IMG/VR virus record: IMGVR_UViG_3300035701_000010
Location: 1-64,000 of that record
Source: a virus
Length of the DNA: 64,000 nucleotides
Direction: 5' to 3' (one strand)
Shown here: positions 1-9,638 of the stretch, one piece after another
Layout of the letters: each line of letters begins with the position of its first letter
Position numbering within the stretch: the stretch's first letter is position 1
Made by a program: the position numbers and the translations under genes
Notes under the pieces: model-generated
What the model saw: the letters and a program-made list of their open reading frames with translations, nothing else
Told to the model about the DNA's origin: nothing
Databases searched by the model: none

Positions 1-433
1 CATCTTGTTTCCATTCAATGGTAGGTTCCAGAGTAGGAATTTCTTCATAGACCTTTCGCCACTGAGCCAATTTGTTTTCTAATGCCAAGAGCATAGTGGC
101 CGGAAGTTTAGGAAGAAACAAAGATTCGTTCAGGCTAACTTCCCCTGTAGCAAATTGGTTGGTAAACTCTTTCTGAGCAAGACAGTCAATATGGCGAATC
201 AAATGTTCAGCAACATATTCTAACTTGTCCTGAACCGTGGTGGTTAAAGCCTTTATTTCTTCCTGCCCTCTTTCTTCTTGCTTTCTAGCCTCATCGAACA
301 TGTCAAGCCGTTTATGGGTTCCTACAAAGTGTTCAGTCTTTTTGGTGAAGGTTATAATCGCCTCTTCACACACCTTCTTGGCCACCGCTTCTAAATCCCT
401 GTCTACTGCCAAAATCTCGTGCAATCTCGCCAT
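1..433 (-). CDS. Conserved phage hypothetical protein, runs off the window edge (MARLHEILAVDRDLEAVAKK...)
   Basis: Manually translated open frame from ATG at 433 to position 1 with AAGGAGGG RBS upstream; missing from ORF track because the stop lies outside the window. Confidence 0.8.
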   Translation of the reverse strand, partial: MARLHEILAVDRDLEAVAKKVCEEAIITFTKKTEHFVGTHKRLDMFDEARKQEERGQEEIKALTTTVQDKLEYVAEHLIRHIDCLAQKEFTNQFATGEVSLNESLFLPKLPATMLLALENKLAQWRKVYEEIPTLEPTIEWKQD

Positions 434-468
434 GTCAGTACCCTCCTTGTTAAGCTAAGAATGAATCG

Positions 469-1086
469 TTAAGCTGCTCTATGAATAACAAATTCCCTAA
501 ACATTTCAGCTTCCCATTTTTCTGCTGAGTTTGGATTTTTGATAAAAGCCTTCAGTGCTCTGCCGAATCGATAAAGGCAATAGGCGTCGCAAGCATTGTC
601 ATCTGAAAACTTCTTTCCCCATCGGTCTAAAACTGTTACCATTGTAACTGCCTTATGACCTTCTCCCAGAACGCCTCTCTTTGGGCCGAGGACAAATTTT
701 TTGAGGGTTGAGGGAGCGACGCACATATAGTATATACCGGACTCAAACAAAAGGAGTTTAATATTACCACCTAATTCCGCCAATTGGGTGATGCTGGCAT
801 TGTTTTTCCCCCAAGCGTAGTCTTCAATAAACACAACTGGACTGTGTTCTAGCTTGCTAAGCAGAACAAACAACTCCGTTTTAATAGCAGAAATTCTTTC
901 AATTAATGAAAGCTTTTTGCCTCCTTGAATCGTTACCGCATCGAGGGTTTTTGAATAGAAGCCGGTTAAGAACGTTCCTATATCGATCCCCACAATAGGT
1001 TTTTCCAATTGCTGTTTGGCGATTTTTGAATTGCTACTAAAAAAAATGTTTTGTTCTTCCTTGTTCAGTTTTTTACGACGAGCCAT
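469..1086 (-). CDS. ruvC: RuvC-like Holliday junction resolvase
   Basis: IVGIDIG, VFIEDY, LAELGG, VAPSTLKKF and DDNACDA motifs of the RuvC fold; start at 1086 overlaps upstream stop (TAATG). Confidence 0.8.
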   Translation of the reverse strand: MARRKKLNKEEQNIFFSSNSKIAKQQLEKPIVGIDIGTFLTGFYSKTLDAVTIQGGKKLSLIERISAIKTELFVLLSKLEHSPVVFIEDYAWGKNNASITQLAELGGNIKLLLFESGIYYMCVAPSTLKKFVLGPKRGVLGEGHKAVTMVTVLDRWGKKFSDDNACDAYCLYRFGRALKAFIKNPNSAEKWEAEMFREFVIHRAA

Positions 1087-1298
1087 TATCTTCTTCTCCT
1101 CAAATCTTCTTGATGTAGTTTGCCTTGTTCCATTAAATCCAAGGCTTTGTTCCAAACAGCGGTTGGCGAAACACCTAATTCATAAGAGATGTCGTTGTAG
1201 GTTTTTCCACGGCTTCTGTATTCTTTAAAAAGCGTTTGCACGTTTTTAAATCCACGCTCCTTACACAGCTTTTTCCAGTTGGTAGAGACGCCAATCAT
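1086..1298 (-). CDS. Small helix-turn-helix DNA-binding protein
   Basis: GKTYNDISYELGVSPTAVWN HTH pattern. Confidence 0.65.
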   Translation of the reverse strand: MIGVSTNWKKLCKERGFKNVQTLFKEYRSRGKTYNDISYELGVSPTAVWNKALDLMEQGKLHQEDLRRRR

Positions 1299-1300
1299 AG

Positions 1301-1915
1301 CTACGCCCCAACATACGAGCGGTATTCCCACCAGACTAGATTTTCATTAAGAATTCCAGCGGGTTCAGAGAAATAGGTCCATTCTAGTATCACTGTTTCT
1401 GGCTTTTCAAAGGTTGCTGCTTTCTGCATTAACATTCTGAACGGGTTTATAAGCCCAACAATTTCCGTATAGTCAAAAGAAACTTGAGAGTCTGCATCTC
1501 TGACCATTGCTCTAATTTCTTTTTGACAATACTCTATATCTGCAGAAATTGGTCTTCTCATTGGATTTCTGAAAACTACGATATTTCCAGCCCATCTTCC
1601 ATTGTCTGGAATTTCTGCATCCACCATACAATTGGATTGCCCAATTGCTTTGTTCAAAAGGTCTTTAATATCAAATGAAGGAACATCAACAAAATGAGTA
1701 GTTTCTAGAGTTTCATGATTCTCATTAAAGTTATAAGTTCGTATATTATAAATAGGATGACCAATAGTTTCGCACCATTCACAACAATCATTAATTCTTC
1801 CATTGTCTCCTTTTTTGATGTAAAACATGCGGGGGGTATTAAACCCCTTAGATTTCAATTCCTCTATCCGTGCTATCTTCTCTGATAATTCCTTGACCCT
1901 GATTGCCCATGCCAT
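1301..1915 (-). CDS. Hypothetical protein, possibly ATP-grasp/PPDK N-terminal-like
   Basis: 204-aa ORF; EKIARIEELKSKGFNTPRMFYI...NIRT resembles the K-x3-L-x2-L-x3-G-F-x2-P-x2-F...VRS start of PEP synthase/PPDK nucleotide-binding domains. Confidence 0.4.
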   Translation of the reverse strand: MAWAIRVKELSEKIARIEELKSKGFNTPRMFYIKKGDNGRINDCCEWCETIGHPIYNIRTYNFNENHETLETTHFVDVPSFDIKDLLNKAIGQSNCMVDAEIPDNGRWAGNIVVFRNPMRRPISADIEYCQKEIRAMVRDADSQVSFDYTEIVGLINPFRMLMQKAATFEKPETVILEWTYFSEPAGILNENLVWWEYRSYVGA

Positions 1916-2099
1916 AAAGAACCATTGCCTCCGAAAGAATTTGAGATTTTATTTTTCCAGGTTCCCAGAAATCAACATTATGCACAATGCATCTTCCTTT
2001 TACCAGTTGTAAAAATCTATGATCGTTAGTGCCATAAAGCGCATGGACACTTCCCTTGCCTTGGTTTGCGAAATCGGTCATGTTTATCACCTCTCCCAT
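1848..2099 (-). CDS. Hypothetical protein
   Basis: ATG at 2099 with AAGGAGG RBS. Confidence 0.6.
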   Translation of the reverse strand: MGEVINMTDFANQGKGSVHALYGTNDHRFLQLVKGRCIVHNVDFWEPGKIKSQILSEAMVLYGMGNQGQGIIREDSTDRGIEI

Positions 2100-2134
2100 A
2101 AAACCTCCTTTAAATACCACATTAGATAGAAAAG

Positions 2135-2251
2135 TTACCAAGTTAAAATATAATTTCCGAGACGAACCGCAAAAGCCAATGTAATACAAGAGAAGATCAG
2201 AGCTATGATGATATATGCTGCAATTAGAATATTGTTAAGCAATTTTCTCAT
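2135..2251 (-). CDS. Small membrane peptide (38 aa, MRKLLNNILIAAYIIIALIFSCITLAFAVRLGNYILTW)
   Basis: Manual translation; single hydrophobic helix; fills the gap directly after the SbcC stop. Confidence 0.5.
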   Translation of the reverse strand: MRKLLNNILIAAYIIIALIFSCITLAFAVRLGNYILTW

Positions 2252-2252
2252 T

Positions 2253-4187
2253 CTATTCTCCGATTAAATGCAGAGTACTTTGCCCATGTTTAAGTTGAAC
2301 ATAGGCTTTGTTTTCGAATAGATTTTTCACATCTCTAGAATGTGAAAAGACGATAAACCGCTTGCCTTTTGTTTTTGATTCTTCTTCCAAGAGAAATTTA
2401 ATTTTGTTGATACCAATCTCGTCCACTCCATCAAACAGTTCGTCTAGAAATACTTCTGAAATTAAATTTTGTTCTATGCCCATTAGAGCAAAGCTTACGA
2501 TAATTTCTATCCTTTTCTTTTGACCCTTAGACCATTCTTTAAATGGCAGTCCTTTTTTGTTCATGTCTCCAATTTCAAATTCGAAAAGGTTTCGAACTTT
2601 CTTATTGCCTTGCGTTTTTTCTGTAAGTAATTGAATATCCACATGACCGTCAGTTAAAATTTCAGAAATTCGTTTAATGTCTTCGTTAAGATCTTCTACA
2701 GTAGTCTGTAGTGCCATTGTTTGAATTTCTTCCTTGCCGAATCCTGTAAGCCATGCTTTTTTGTAGCGATACCTGTTATGAGCAGATGAGAGTTCTTCGT
2801 TCAGTTGAGCAATAATCTTTTTTAATTGTACTTTCTCCGCATGAAGCCTTATTAATTGTCCATTAAAGCCCGTCGTGACATTTTTCAATTTTTGGATTTG
2901 TTCTTTGGAGTTAGAAATTTCTTCCCTAAGTTCTCTTTCAAGGGCTTCGAGCAGTTTGGCGTTGTACTGAATAAATGTTCTAATAGACTTTTGTTCTACT
3001 ACGAGATCTTGTTGCTTGCTTATCATTCTTTCGATTTCGTGAGTAAGCCATTGTCTTTTTTCGTTATGTGGGATAGTTTGAGAAACATAAATAGTTTCTT
3101 TTGCCATGTAACGAGCCATTTCTTTTTCTAATTTTTTGATGTGTTCGTGGAGATTTTTGCCTGTAATGACATTTCCACATGACTGGCAAGTTGTTCCAAT
3201 TCCTTCTTCGTTGTTTTTGGCTTCACGATAAGCTTTTCTACTTTGGCTAAAGCGGGTATTGGCTTTGGCTCGAAGATTTTCTAAACCATTTATTGCATCG
3301 ATTTTCGTTTTTCTTTCGTTTTCTAATTTCTGTAGAGTGATTGTTGTTTGCGGAAGAAGATCAAACTTAATGGCTTTGAGTTTTTTGGCATTTTGTGTTC
3401 TAACAAGTTCTCGTTCTTTTATTTTGCTATAGAGGTTTTCTTGTTTTTCTATGGTTTTTTGTTTTTCAGCTTTGATTTGCTTAACTCTTTGACCCTCAAA
3501 AAGTGTAATTTGTTCTTTCGTTTCACTAAGTTCTCTAAACACTCGCTGTTTAACTAGTTCTCTTTTTTCTATCTCTATTTTTAGTTGCGTTTCCTTTTGT
3601 TCAAGGCTTTCAGATTCAGCTTTGGCAATTTCGTAACATTTTTGAAAGATTTCAAACCCTTTCATTTGAGAGAGTAAACTCTTTCCATCTTTATCCCCTA
3701 AATAAATGAAGCGCGACCTTTCATCATCACTTTCAAAAATTGAAGTGTTGATAATTCGTCGATAGGATAACCCAAGAGTATCTAAGATCAAAGTATTGAG
3801 TTCCGATGGAGTGCCTTTTCCTTTTTCAACCCCATTAATTTTAAATTTAACTCCATTGCCATAGATAGAATGATTTCTATATCTTCTAATCCAAAATTGA
3901 GTGTCATTAAAATCTTTGAGTTTAAGGGTACAAGACATAGATTTGGCAAATTTTCCAATCAATAAATCCTTTTGGCTGTTGCGTGTGGTACGGTTCGTTA
4001 ATGCAAAGAGAATGGCTTGATAGATGATAGACTTACCAGCCCCGTTGTCATTAGCAAAAGAAACATCGTCATAATTTTTACCATAAATAAGCAAGATGTC
4101 ACTTTTTCTAAAAAGTTCATCGAAATCAAATATCTGATGTTTATAGGTGATAAAATTTTTAAGTTCTAGGCTTTGTATTTGAAGCAT
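2253..4187 (-). CDS. sbcC: SbcC/Rad50-like (gp46-like) SMC ATPase
   Basis: Walker A NGAGKS, long coiled coil with CQSCG zinc hook, WSKGQ signature, Walker B/D-loop FLDELFDGVD, FSH switch. Confidence 0.92.
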   Translation of the reverse strand: MLQIQSLELKNFITYKHQIFDFDELFRKSDILLIYGKNYDDVSFANDNGAGKSIIYQAILFALTNRTTRNSQKDLLIGKFAKSMSCTLKLKDFNDTQFWIRRYRNHSIYGNGVKFKINGVEKGKGTPSELNTLILDTLGLSYRRIINTSIFESDDERSRFIYLGDKDGKSLLSQMKGFEIFQKCYEIAKAESESLEQKETQLKIEIEKRELVKQRVFRELSETKEQITLFEGQRVKQIKAEKQKTIEKQENLYSKIKERELVRTQNAKKLKAIKFDLLPQTTITLQKLENERKTKIDAINGLENLRAKANTRFSQSRKAYREAKNNEEGIGTTCQSCGNVITGKNLHEHIKKLEKEMARYMAKETIYVSQTIPHNEKRQWLTHEIERMISKQQDLVVEQKSIRTFIQYNAKLLEALERELREEISNSKEQIQKLKNVTTGFNGQLIRLHAEKVQLKKIIAQLNEELSSAHNRYRYKKAWLTGFGKEEIQTMALQTTVEDLNEDIKRISEILTDGHVDIQLLTEKTQGNKKVRNLFEFEIGDMNKKGLPFKEWSKGQKKRIEIIVSFALMGIEQNLISEVFLDELFDGVDEIGINKIKFLLEEESKTKGKRFIVFSHSRDVKNLFENKAYVQLKHGQSTLHLIGE

Positions 4188-4383
4188 GGTCGTACACCAG
4201 TCGTATTTGATTTGAGGTAATGCGAATAAAATATTTTAGTTCTTCATTATCTTCAAGAAAAGCTGTGACAATCAACCTTTTAATTAATTTCCAAATTTGG
4301 CGTTTATTCGAAAAAATCAAAGTTACACTATCCATTGCCCTAACGTTTATTCGAGAACAATCAACCTTTGGATCAATTGTCAT
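4159..4383 (-). CDS. Hypothetical protein
   Basis: ORF packed between sbcD and sbcC. Confidence 0.55.
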   Translation of the reverse strand: MTIDPKVDCSRINVRAMDSVTLIFSNKRQIWKLIKRLIVTAFLEDNEELKYFIRITSNQIRLVYDHASNTKPRT

Positions 4384-4386
4384 TTT

Positions 4387-5553
4387 TCATCTCCTCTGAT
4401 GAGCTACTCCCATTTCCATTTCCGCTTTGGTTAAAATTCTTAATCCCACTGATTGTACTTTTGATTTAGAAAGTTCAAATTTTTTGGCTAGAAATTTAGA
4501 ATAGCTTAATACAATCGATTTAACATTTTCTTTTTGATTGATTCTAATTTGACTATCCTCCTCCTTTCTTCTAGGAGCGTTTTTGAATGAAACAAATGAA
4601 GCGCCTAGATCTAGAAGCTTTTTTCTAAGCTGCTTCTTATCGAATAGTATATTGGGTTGGTCATTGGCCACGCAGATAATATTTTTCTCAGCTACTGTCT
4701 GAACAATAACATCTCCCATTTCTCTCACATAGCTAACTTCTAACTCTAGAAATTGAGGAGCACTGGCTGTGACAATAAAGTAGTGTTTGGCATTATCCAA
4801 ATCTACTATATGGAATCCGTGGTCTATGGTTTTTTCACCAAAACTTAATGGGATAAGCGATGACGTATAGAATCCTCTACCTTTACAAATTAACTGATAT
4901 TTGTGAACGTCGCTGGCGACGATAAGGTCAAAGTATTTGAAATATGGGTTGCCTTGGCTGAGTCCAGAACGACTGACATAGGCATTGCTAAAAAAGGAGC
5001 CAGAAAATGTGGCATGGATAAATAATACATTTCTATAGTCTCGATTTGTTTTTCGAGCTTGCTCTTTAATAGCTTGCAGGGCAACTACCTTGTTGCAAGA
5101 CGGGATAAAAGAAAAATGAGTCTTACCGTGTGAAAGAGTAACGCCATCAGGCTTAGAAAAAACGATATGGTTTTCATTGTGCCCATGCCTCACAAACGGC
5201 TTCAACACAGATACTTCTCCATCTAAGTCGTGGTTGCCAAGATTGACAAAAATAGTGACCTCTTTGAACTTTTTAAAGAATTGATAAAGTATGTCTCCAA
5301 CAGAGTGGTCTATGATTCCAGTATGAATAAGATCTCCATTGATAATAAGAGGATATTCACAAAGAGAAGCAGCGGTGGCCGCATTCCACAAATATCGTTT
5401 AATATCTTGAAGGCGTTCAGAAATTAATTCGGTTCTTGAACCATAGGGATAAGAATTATAAAGGTGAACATCTCCGACCGCCACAAACCCATGAGGGCTA
5501 TAGTCGTAAGAAGGCTCTTGCGTATCTAGAATCTTAATGGTTTTAAATTTCAT
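4387..5553 (-). CDS. sbcD: SbcD/Mre11-like (gp47-like) metallophosphoesterase nuclease
   Basis: GDVH, NGD, GNHD, FIH and DVH metallophosphoesterase motifs; adjacent to sbcC. Confidence 0.9.
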   Translation of the reverse strand: MKFKTIKILDTQEPSYDYSPHGFVAVGDVHLYNSYPYGSRTELISERLQDIKRYLWNAATAASLCEYPLIINGDLIHTGIIDHSVGDILYQFFKKFKEVTIFVNLGNHDLDGEVSVLKPFVRHGHNENHIVFSKPDGVTLSHGKTHFSFIPSCNKVVALQAIKEQARKTNRDYRNVLFIHATFSGSFFSNAYVSRSGLSQGNPYFKYFDLIVASDVHKYQLICKGRGFYTSSLIPLSFGEKTIDHGFHIVDLDNAKHYFIVTASAPQFLELEVSYVREMGDVIVQTVAEKNIICVANDQPNILFDKKQLRKKLLDLGASFVSFKNAPRRKEEDSQIRINQKENVKSIVLSYSKFLAKKFELSKSKVQSVGLRILTKAEMEMGVAHQRR

Positions 5554-5555
5554 TA

Positions 5556-6662
5556 CTAATCCTTAGGATCAAGCTTTCGTTCTAAAATCCGTCTTATTTT
5601 GGGTGAGTTTTCAGTTAAGTCTCTTATCTTTTCAACCATTGCATTTTCGCCTTTGGCTGAGAGAACTATTATATCGTCATTTAGTCTATATTTGAGATTA
5701 AATCCTCCTGCCCCTCCTTTTATTTTCTTCAAAGCTTTAAGGGCTAGGAACATTGAACGGGCATAATCAATCCCTTTTCCAAAGATAATTGGGACCATAA
5801 CACTCTTGTAAGGGATCATTACTTTATTCTTAACTGTTTTGACAGTGGTTACGATGCCTATTGGATCAGATTCTTTTGAGAGTTTTATAAAATCAGAACG
5901 ATAAATATCCAGTCGAACAGACGCATGAAATTTGAGGGCCATCCCCCCTATCTCAGTCTTTTTGTCACCGTACATCACTCTGGTGTCTGTTTTGGTTTGG
6001 TTGGTGCAAGCAAGGCAAATTTCTTCTGAAGAGATTAGCCCACTAATATTTCTGAAGAATTTTGAAAGACGTCTAGCGTGAAGTCCCTGTGCTTGCTCTT
6101 TTTCGAATGAATCAGCTTCCCATTCTGCCTTGGGCGGAACTCCTGCAATACTGTCAAATCCTATGAACATGGGAACGTTCCAAGGTTTGTTGTATTTTTC
6201 AATGTATTCTCGTTTGGCTTCCTTAAATTGTTCAGCAAGCAGTTTAACCATATCTAACCCTTGCTCAAGATAATCGGGTTGAAATAGGACTAGTTCTTCC
6301 AAGTTAACATTTAACTGCTGAGCGTAATTTGGATCAAAAGCATGTTCCGTTTCAATTAAGGCAGCAAGACCACCCATGTGTTGAGTGCTTTTAATCACCT
6401 CAATAATCAGAGTGGTCTTGCCGCTGGCTTCTTTGCCACTGATTCCAACAATCCGCCCGCTAGGAAGACCATAACGACCATGTCCGTCTCTAGCCAAAAT
6501 TCTATCGAGAGAAGGTGATCCAGTTGATATGGTCTTGCTTACGATAGACTTGATGTCCTTTGAAGAAAGAAGTTGGGCACTTCCTTCCCCAAAAACTTTT
6601 GTTGAGTTTCTAATAATGTTTCCAATCAGCTTGGCTCTGACGTCAGCGGCGTTTGCTTCCAT
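5556..6662 (-). CDS. recA: RecA/UvsX recombinase
   Basis: ISTGSPSLD, GLPSGRI, GKEASGKTT, ETEHAFDP, DSIA, NQ, GGMALKFHASVR, VKNKV. Confidence 0.95.
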   Translation of the reverse strand: MEANAADVRAKLIGNIIRNSTKVFGEGSAQLLSSKDIKSIVSKTISTGSPSLDRILARDGHGRYGLPSGRIVGISGKEASGKTTLIIEVIKSTQHMGGLAALIETEHAFDPNYAQQLNVNLEELVLFQPDYLEQGLDMVKLLAEQFKEAKREYIEKYNKPWNVPMFIGFDSIAGVPPKAEWEADSFEKEQAQGLHARRLSKFFRNISGLISSEEICLACTNQTKTDTRVMYGDKKTEIGGMALKFHASVRLDIYRSDFIKLSKESDPIGIVTTVKTVKNKVMIPYKSVMVPIIFGKGIDYARSMFLALKALKKIKGGAGGFNLKYRLNDDIIVLSAKGENAMVEKIRDLTENSPKIRRILERKLDPKD

Positions 6663-7261
6663 TAGGCATGGTCTCCTGTTCTTATGCTCCTTGTATGAGA
6701 AGAAGCGTAGGTGTAGGCGTTAGAAACTCCTTGCGCATCAGCGGTAAAGTTAGTAGTAAGGTCTTTCTTAATTCCTAAGTTTCCAGCTTGTAAAAAAGAA
6801 TCTTGGTTGGCCCCCATGAAGATAAAATTCCACTTGTAAACCTTTTCCTGGAGGGTTATTTTCTCAAAAACTTGTTGTCTAGTAACCCTGTGGCTGTAGT
6901 TTTCTAGGCCATCGGTCATAATGGCGAAGATAACCTTTTCTGGTCTCTCTTCTTCCTTGGAATCATTTAATATTTTGCCAATACGGTCAATGACATCAGA
7001 AATCGTATCAAGCAAGGGTGTGAAATTATCAGGTCTGTACTGCTCGAGGCCCAAAGGCTTCATATCAGAAAGATTTATTCGGTCATACGCCCATGTGGTC
7101 ACCATTGAGTTGAAGAGAATTAAGCTCATCGTTGCGGTCCCAGGAACTTCCTTTTGTTCTCTAAGAAATCGATTAAAATTGTCAACCGCTTCGGTTTTGA
7201 TACCACCCATAGAACCACTCATATCAAGAATAAAAACAATTTCCGCATGTCCTGTCTTCAT
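6662..7261 (-). CDS. von Willebrand factor A domain protein
   Basis: MIDAS DMSGSM, TPLLD, IMTDGLENYS, WNFIFMGAN. Confidence 0.9.
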   Translation of the reverse strand: MKTGHAEIVFILDMSGSMGGIKTEAVDNFNRFLREQKEVPGTATMSLILFNSMVTTWAYDRINLSDMKPLGLEQYRPDNFTPLLDTISDVIDRIGKILNDSKEEERPEKVIFAIMTDGLENYSHRVTRQQVFEKITLQEKVYKWNFIFMGANQDSFLQAGNLGIKKDLTTNFTADAQGVSNAYTYASSHTRSIRTGDHA

Positions 7262-7270
7262 AAATTCCTC

Positions 7271-8602
7271 CTACTTTTTGTGCGCTTTGGCTTTTAGTTT
7301 TTCCTTAATTGATTCTTTTACGTCATCATCGTCGTCCTCTTCTTCTACGACTTTCTTTTTCTTCTTGGGTTTTTCATTGTCATCATCTTCTGCTAAAGAT
7401 TGTCGAATAGATTCCCTTATTTCATCATCTTCCATATCCTTAGTAACCTTTACTTCAAGATCGTTATTTTTGATGAAAGCCTTTAGCTCTGTTCGATCAA
7501 GAGATTCTAATATATCTTTTTCTTTAGAATTATCATCGTCATCATCGTCATCATCGTCTACGACCTTCTTTTTGGGCTTGTTATCATCGTCATCGTCGTC
7601 GTCATCTTCTTCTACGACCTTCTTGGCTTTCTTCTTGGGTTTGTCGTCATCATCGTCATCATCCTCTTCTTCTACAACTTTTTTGGCTTTCTTCTTTGGT
7701 TTGTCATCATCGTCACTATCTTTATCGATTTCCGTTTCTTCTGAACAAAGCTCAACAAATTCGCACTGTTTACACTTTTTCTTTTCTTCAAACTCACCAA
7801 AACATTCAGGCAAATCACCTTCATCTTGTTTGCCTTTCCATGATTCTTCTGTTTCCTGTGGGGTGGCTGGCTTAGTAATGTCAACAAGGTCTTTAAAATG
7901 TTCTGTGATATACTTTCTTATCGCTTTGGGAATTCTCCATTTGTATTCTTCCCCCGATTCAACGCTATAAGAGATGTTACCGAACGTTTTTCCCTTCTTA
8001 GTTACCTTGAAGTTCATGCCTTCTATGAGCGAAGTTGGATCAGTGTCGTCGCTAAAGTAATCTGCAACTTCGTCAATCCGCTTGCCACTTAACGCAGCAA
8101 TTTGAAGACCCCCTGCACAAGATTCGTTCCAAGAACAGCGTTGACATTTTCCAATAGGATCACCGTCCTCATCCTTTTCTATCTCACTCCAACATTCAGG
8201 GGGTGGGTTGTCTGCTACATAGTCTCCTTTTTCCGTCTTAGTGTAAAGTGGTGTTACATCCATCATCTGAAAAACGTTGCTGATGCTCACCTTTCTTCGG
8301 TCGGCAAGAAGTCGTTTTTTCTTGTCCTTGGATTGCGAGTCTACTTTGACCATCTTGCAAGAGTAGCAGTCCTTGCCAGTCCTGGTACAGGTTCCAACGC
8401 TTTTTGCGCTGGGTCCGAGATTAAAATGTTTTCTTTGAAGTTCCCATGGAAGATCGCGTCCTTCTGCTGGTGGCATCAGTCTAGCAAAATTGGCTCCACG
8501 CTTCCATTTAAAGTAAGTTGGCCCTCCTTCCCTTGATTGTTCTCTTCTTTGCTTGTCAGCAGAAACCGCCTTGACATCTGTTTTCCCCATTTTAATCGGC
8601 AT
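7271..8602 (-). CDS. gp32-like single-stranded DNA-binding protein with Cys motifs and charge-block repeat tail
   Basis: FKW-x2-G-x-N-x2-R-LMPP, zinc-binding HF...C...C-x2-C, DPTS-x2-EGMNF-x-VTK-x-G...SY pattern; acidic C-terminus; next to recA. Confidence 0.75.
   Translation of the reverse strand: MPIKMGKTDVKAVSADKQRREQSREGGPTYFKWKRGANFARLMPPAEGRDLPWELQRKHFNLGPSAKSVGTCTRTGKDCYSCKMVKVDSQSKDKKKRLLADRRKVSISNVFQMMDVTPLYTKTEKGDYVADNPPPECWSEIEKDEDGDPIGKCQRCSWNESCAGGLQIAALSGKRIDEVADYFSDDTDPTSLIEGMNFKVTKKGKTFGNISYSVESGEEYKWRIPKAIRKYITEHFKDLVDITKPATPQETEESWKGKQDEGDLPECFGEFEEKKKCKQCEFVELCSEETEIDKDSDDDDKPKKKAKKVVEEEDDDDDDDKPKKKAKKVVEEDDDDDDDDNKPKKKVVDDDDDDDDDNSKEKDILESLDRTELKAFIKNNDLEVKVTKDMEDDEIRESIRQSLAEDDDNEKPKKKKKVVEEEDDDDDVKESIKEKLKAKAHKK
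7310..7720 (-). repeat. Imperfect ~57-60 bp coding repeats (DDDDDDDKPKKKAKKVVEEE) in SSB
   Basis: Repeated tcatcgtc / ttcttggctttcttc blocks. Confidence 0.9.
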
Positions 8603-9113
8603 GTTTATCTCTCCTTTTTATTCGTTCCTTTACATAAGATTTGACATCTTTTTCTTCCCTCACTCCAAAATCTTCCACATAGGCTCTATACAGCTTATAA
8701 ATTCTGGTATGAACACTTTTGGCTTTAATTTCCAAAGCCTTGCCTCCTCCAAAGGTGAGTTGTTTTGAAAATTTGCGGTATTTGGAAATCTTAATCCGTT
8801 GGCTTAAAACCCAAGGATCAGATTCTATTTTTCTTTTGGCATCGTTGTCGGTATATCGTTTGGTGATAGCCCCTTTTAATTTTCCCCATTGTTCTCCCAT
8901 GTATGTGTCCAGTTTGGCGTCTAGTACATTGGCTTTGTGTTCGAACTCCGCTCCCAAAACAACACAAAAACCGTACATGACATGAGAACGCTCTAAATCC
9001 TCATCAACATCGTCTCTTGAAATTAATTCTTCATGAAGATCAATTGAAGGAATTTGTGATTCACTTTCCTTAAAATGAAGAGTCATAACCGTTTTTAGAT
9101 CTTCTTCTTTCAT
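8592..9113 (-). CDS. Helical protein, possible UvsY-like recombination mediator
   Basis: 173 aa, helical pattern, position beside SSB and recA; inference from synteny. Confidence 0.45.
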   Translation of the reverse strand: MKEEDLKTVMTLHFKESESQIPSIDLHEELISRDDVDEDLERSHVMYGFCVVLGAEFEHKANVLDAKLDTYMGEQWGKLKGAITKRYTDNDAKRKIESDPWVLSQRIKISKYRKFSKQLTFGGGKALEIKAKSVHTRIYKLYRAYVEDFGVREEKDVKSYVKERIKRRDKHAD

Positions 9114-9191
9114 TTTATTCCTCTACGGCTTTAGGGTAGGTACAAGTTCAGGTAGCCAGACGCAATCAAAGAGGCTATTAATTCACAGACC

Positions 9192-9224
9192 AAAACTCCA
9201 CCGCAATGGGTATGCGGTGGAGTT
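9192..9224 (-). terminator. Intrinsic terminator after the HU gene
   Basis: 12-bp perfect stem AACTCCACCGCA / TGCGGTGGAGTT ending in a short U run on the minus strand. Confidence 0.7.
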
Positions 9225-9245
9225 CGGATTTCAGCTTGCTGTTTC

Positions 9246-9614
9246 TTACTTCTTTTTGGCTTTTTTGGCTGGTTTTTCCGGTGCTTTTGTTTCTGGCTTT
9301 TTGCCCTTTTTCTTTGCAAACGCTTCTTCAAGAGCTTGTTTCATCAGGTAGGAAGCTCTGAATTTTAGGACATGCTTTTCTGGAATTTGAATTTTCTCTT
9401 TGGTTTGGGGATTAAATCCCATTCTCGCTTGCTTTTTCAAAACTTTAAACGTTCCAACCTTTGGAATTTGGAGTGAAAAATCTGTTCCTTCTTTAAGAGC
9501 CATGTTTTTGATAACTTTAAACCCATCTCTTAGAACGCTAATCAGATCAGTAATCGGAACATTTTCATAACCCGCTTCTTCTTTCAAACTTTTTGCGATG
9601 TCTAAAAGTATCAT
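9246..9614 (-). CDS. HU/IHF histone-like DNA-binding protein with Lys/Pro-rich tail
   Basis: IPKVGTFKV-x4-ARMGFNPQTKEKIQIP-x4-LKFRAS signature. Confidence 0.93.
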   Translation of the reverse strand: MILLDIAKSLKEEAGYENVPITDLISVLRDGFKVIKNMALKEGTDFSLQIPKVGTFKVLKKQARMGFNPQTKEKIQIPEKHVLKFRASYLMKQALEEAFAKKKGKKPETKAPEKPAKKAKKK

Positions 9615-9638
9615 ATAATGCCCTCCTAAATTTTGTTG

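Noticed and set aside
6921-7970. 349-aa Ser-rich plus-strand ORF (and similar ORFs at 23605-24715)
   Set aside because: Antisense shadows of Asp/Lys repeat codons in well-supported minus-strand genes
9131-9331. 66-aa basic ORF overlapping the HU 3' end
   Set aside because: Alternative frame of the HU tail running through a terminator hairpin
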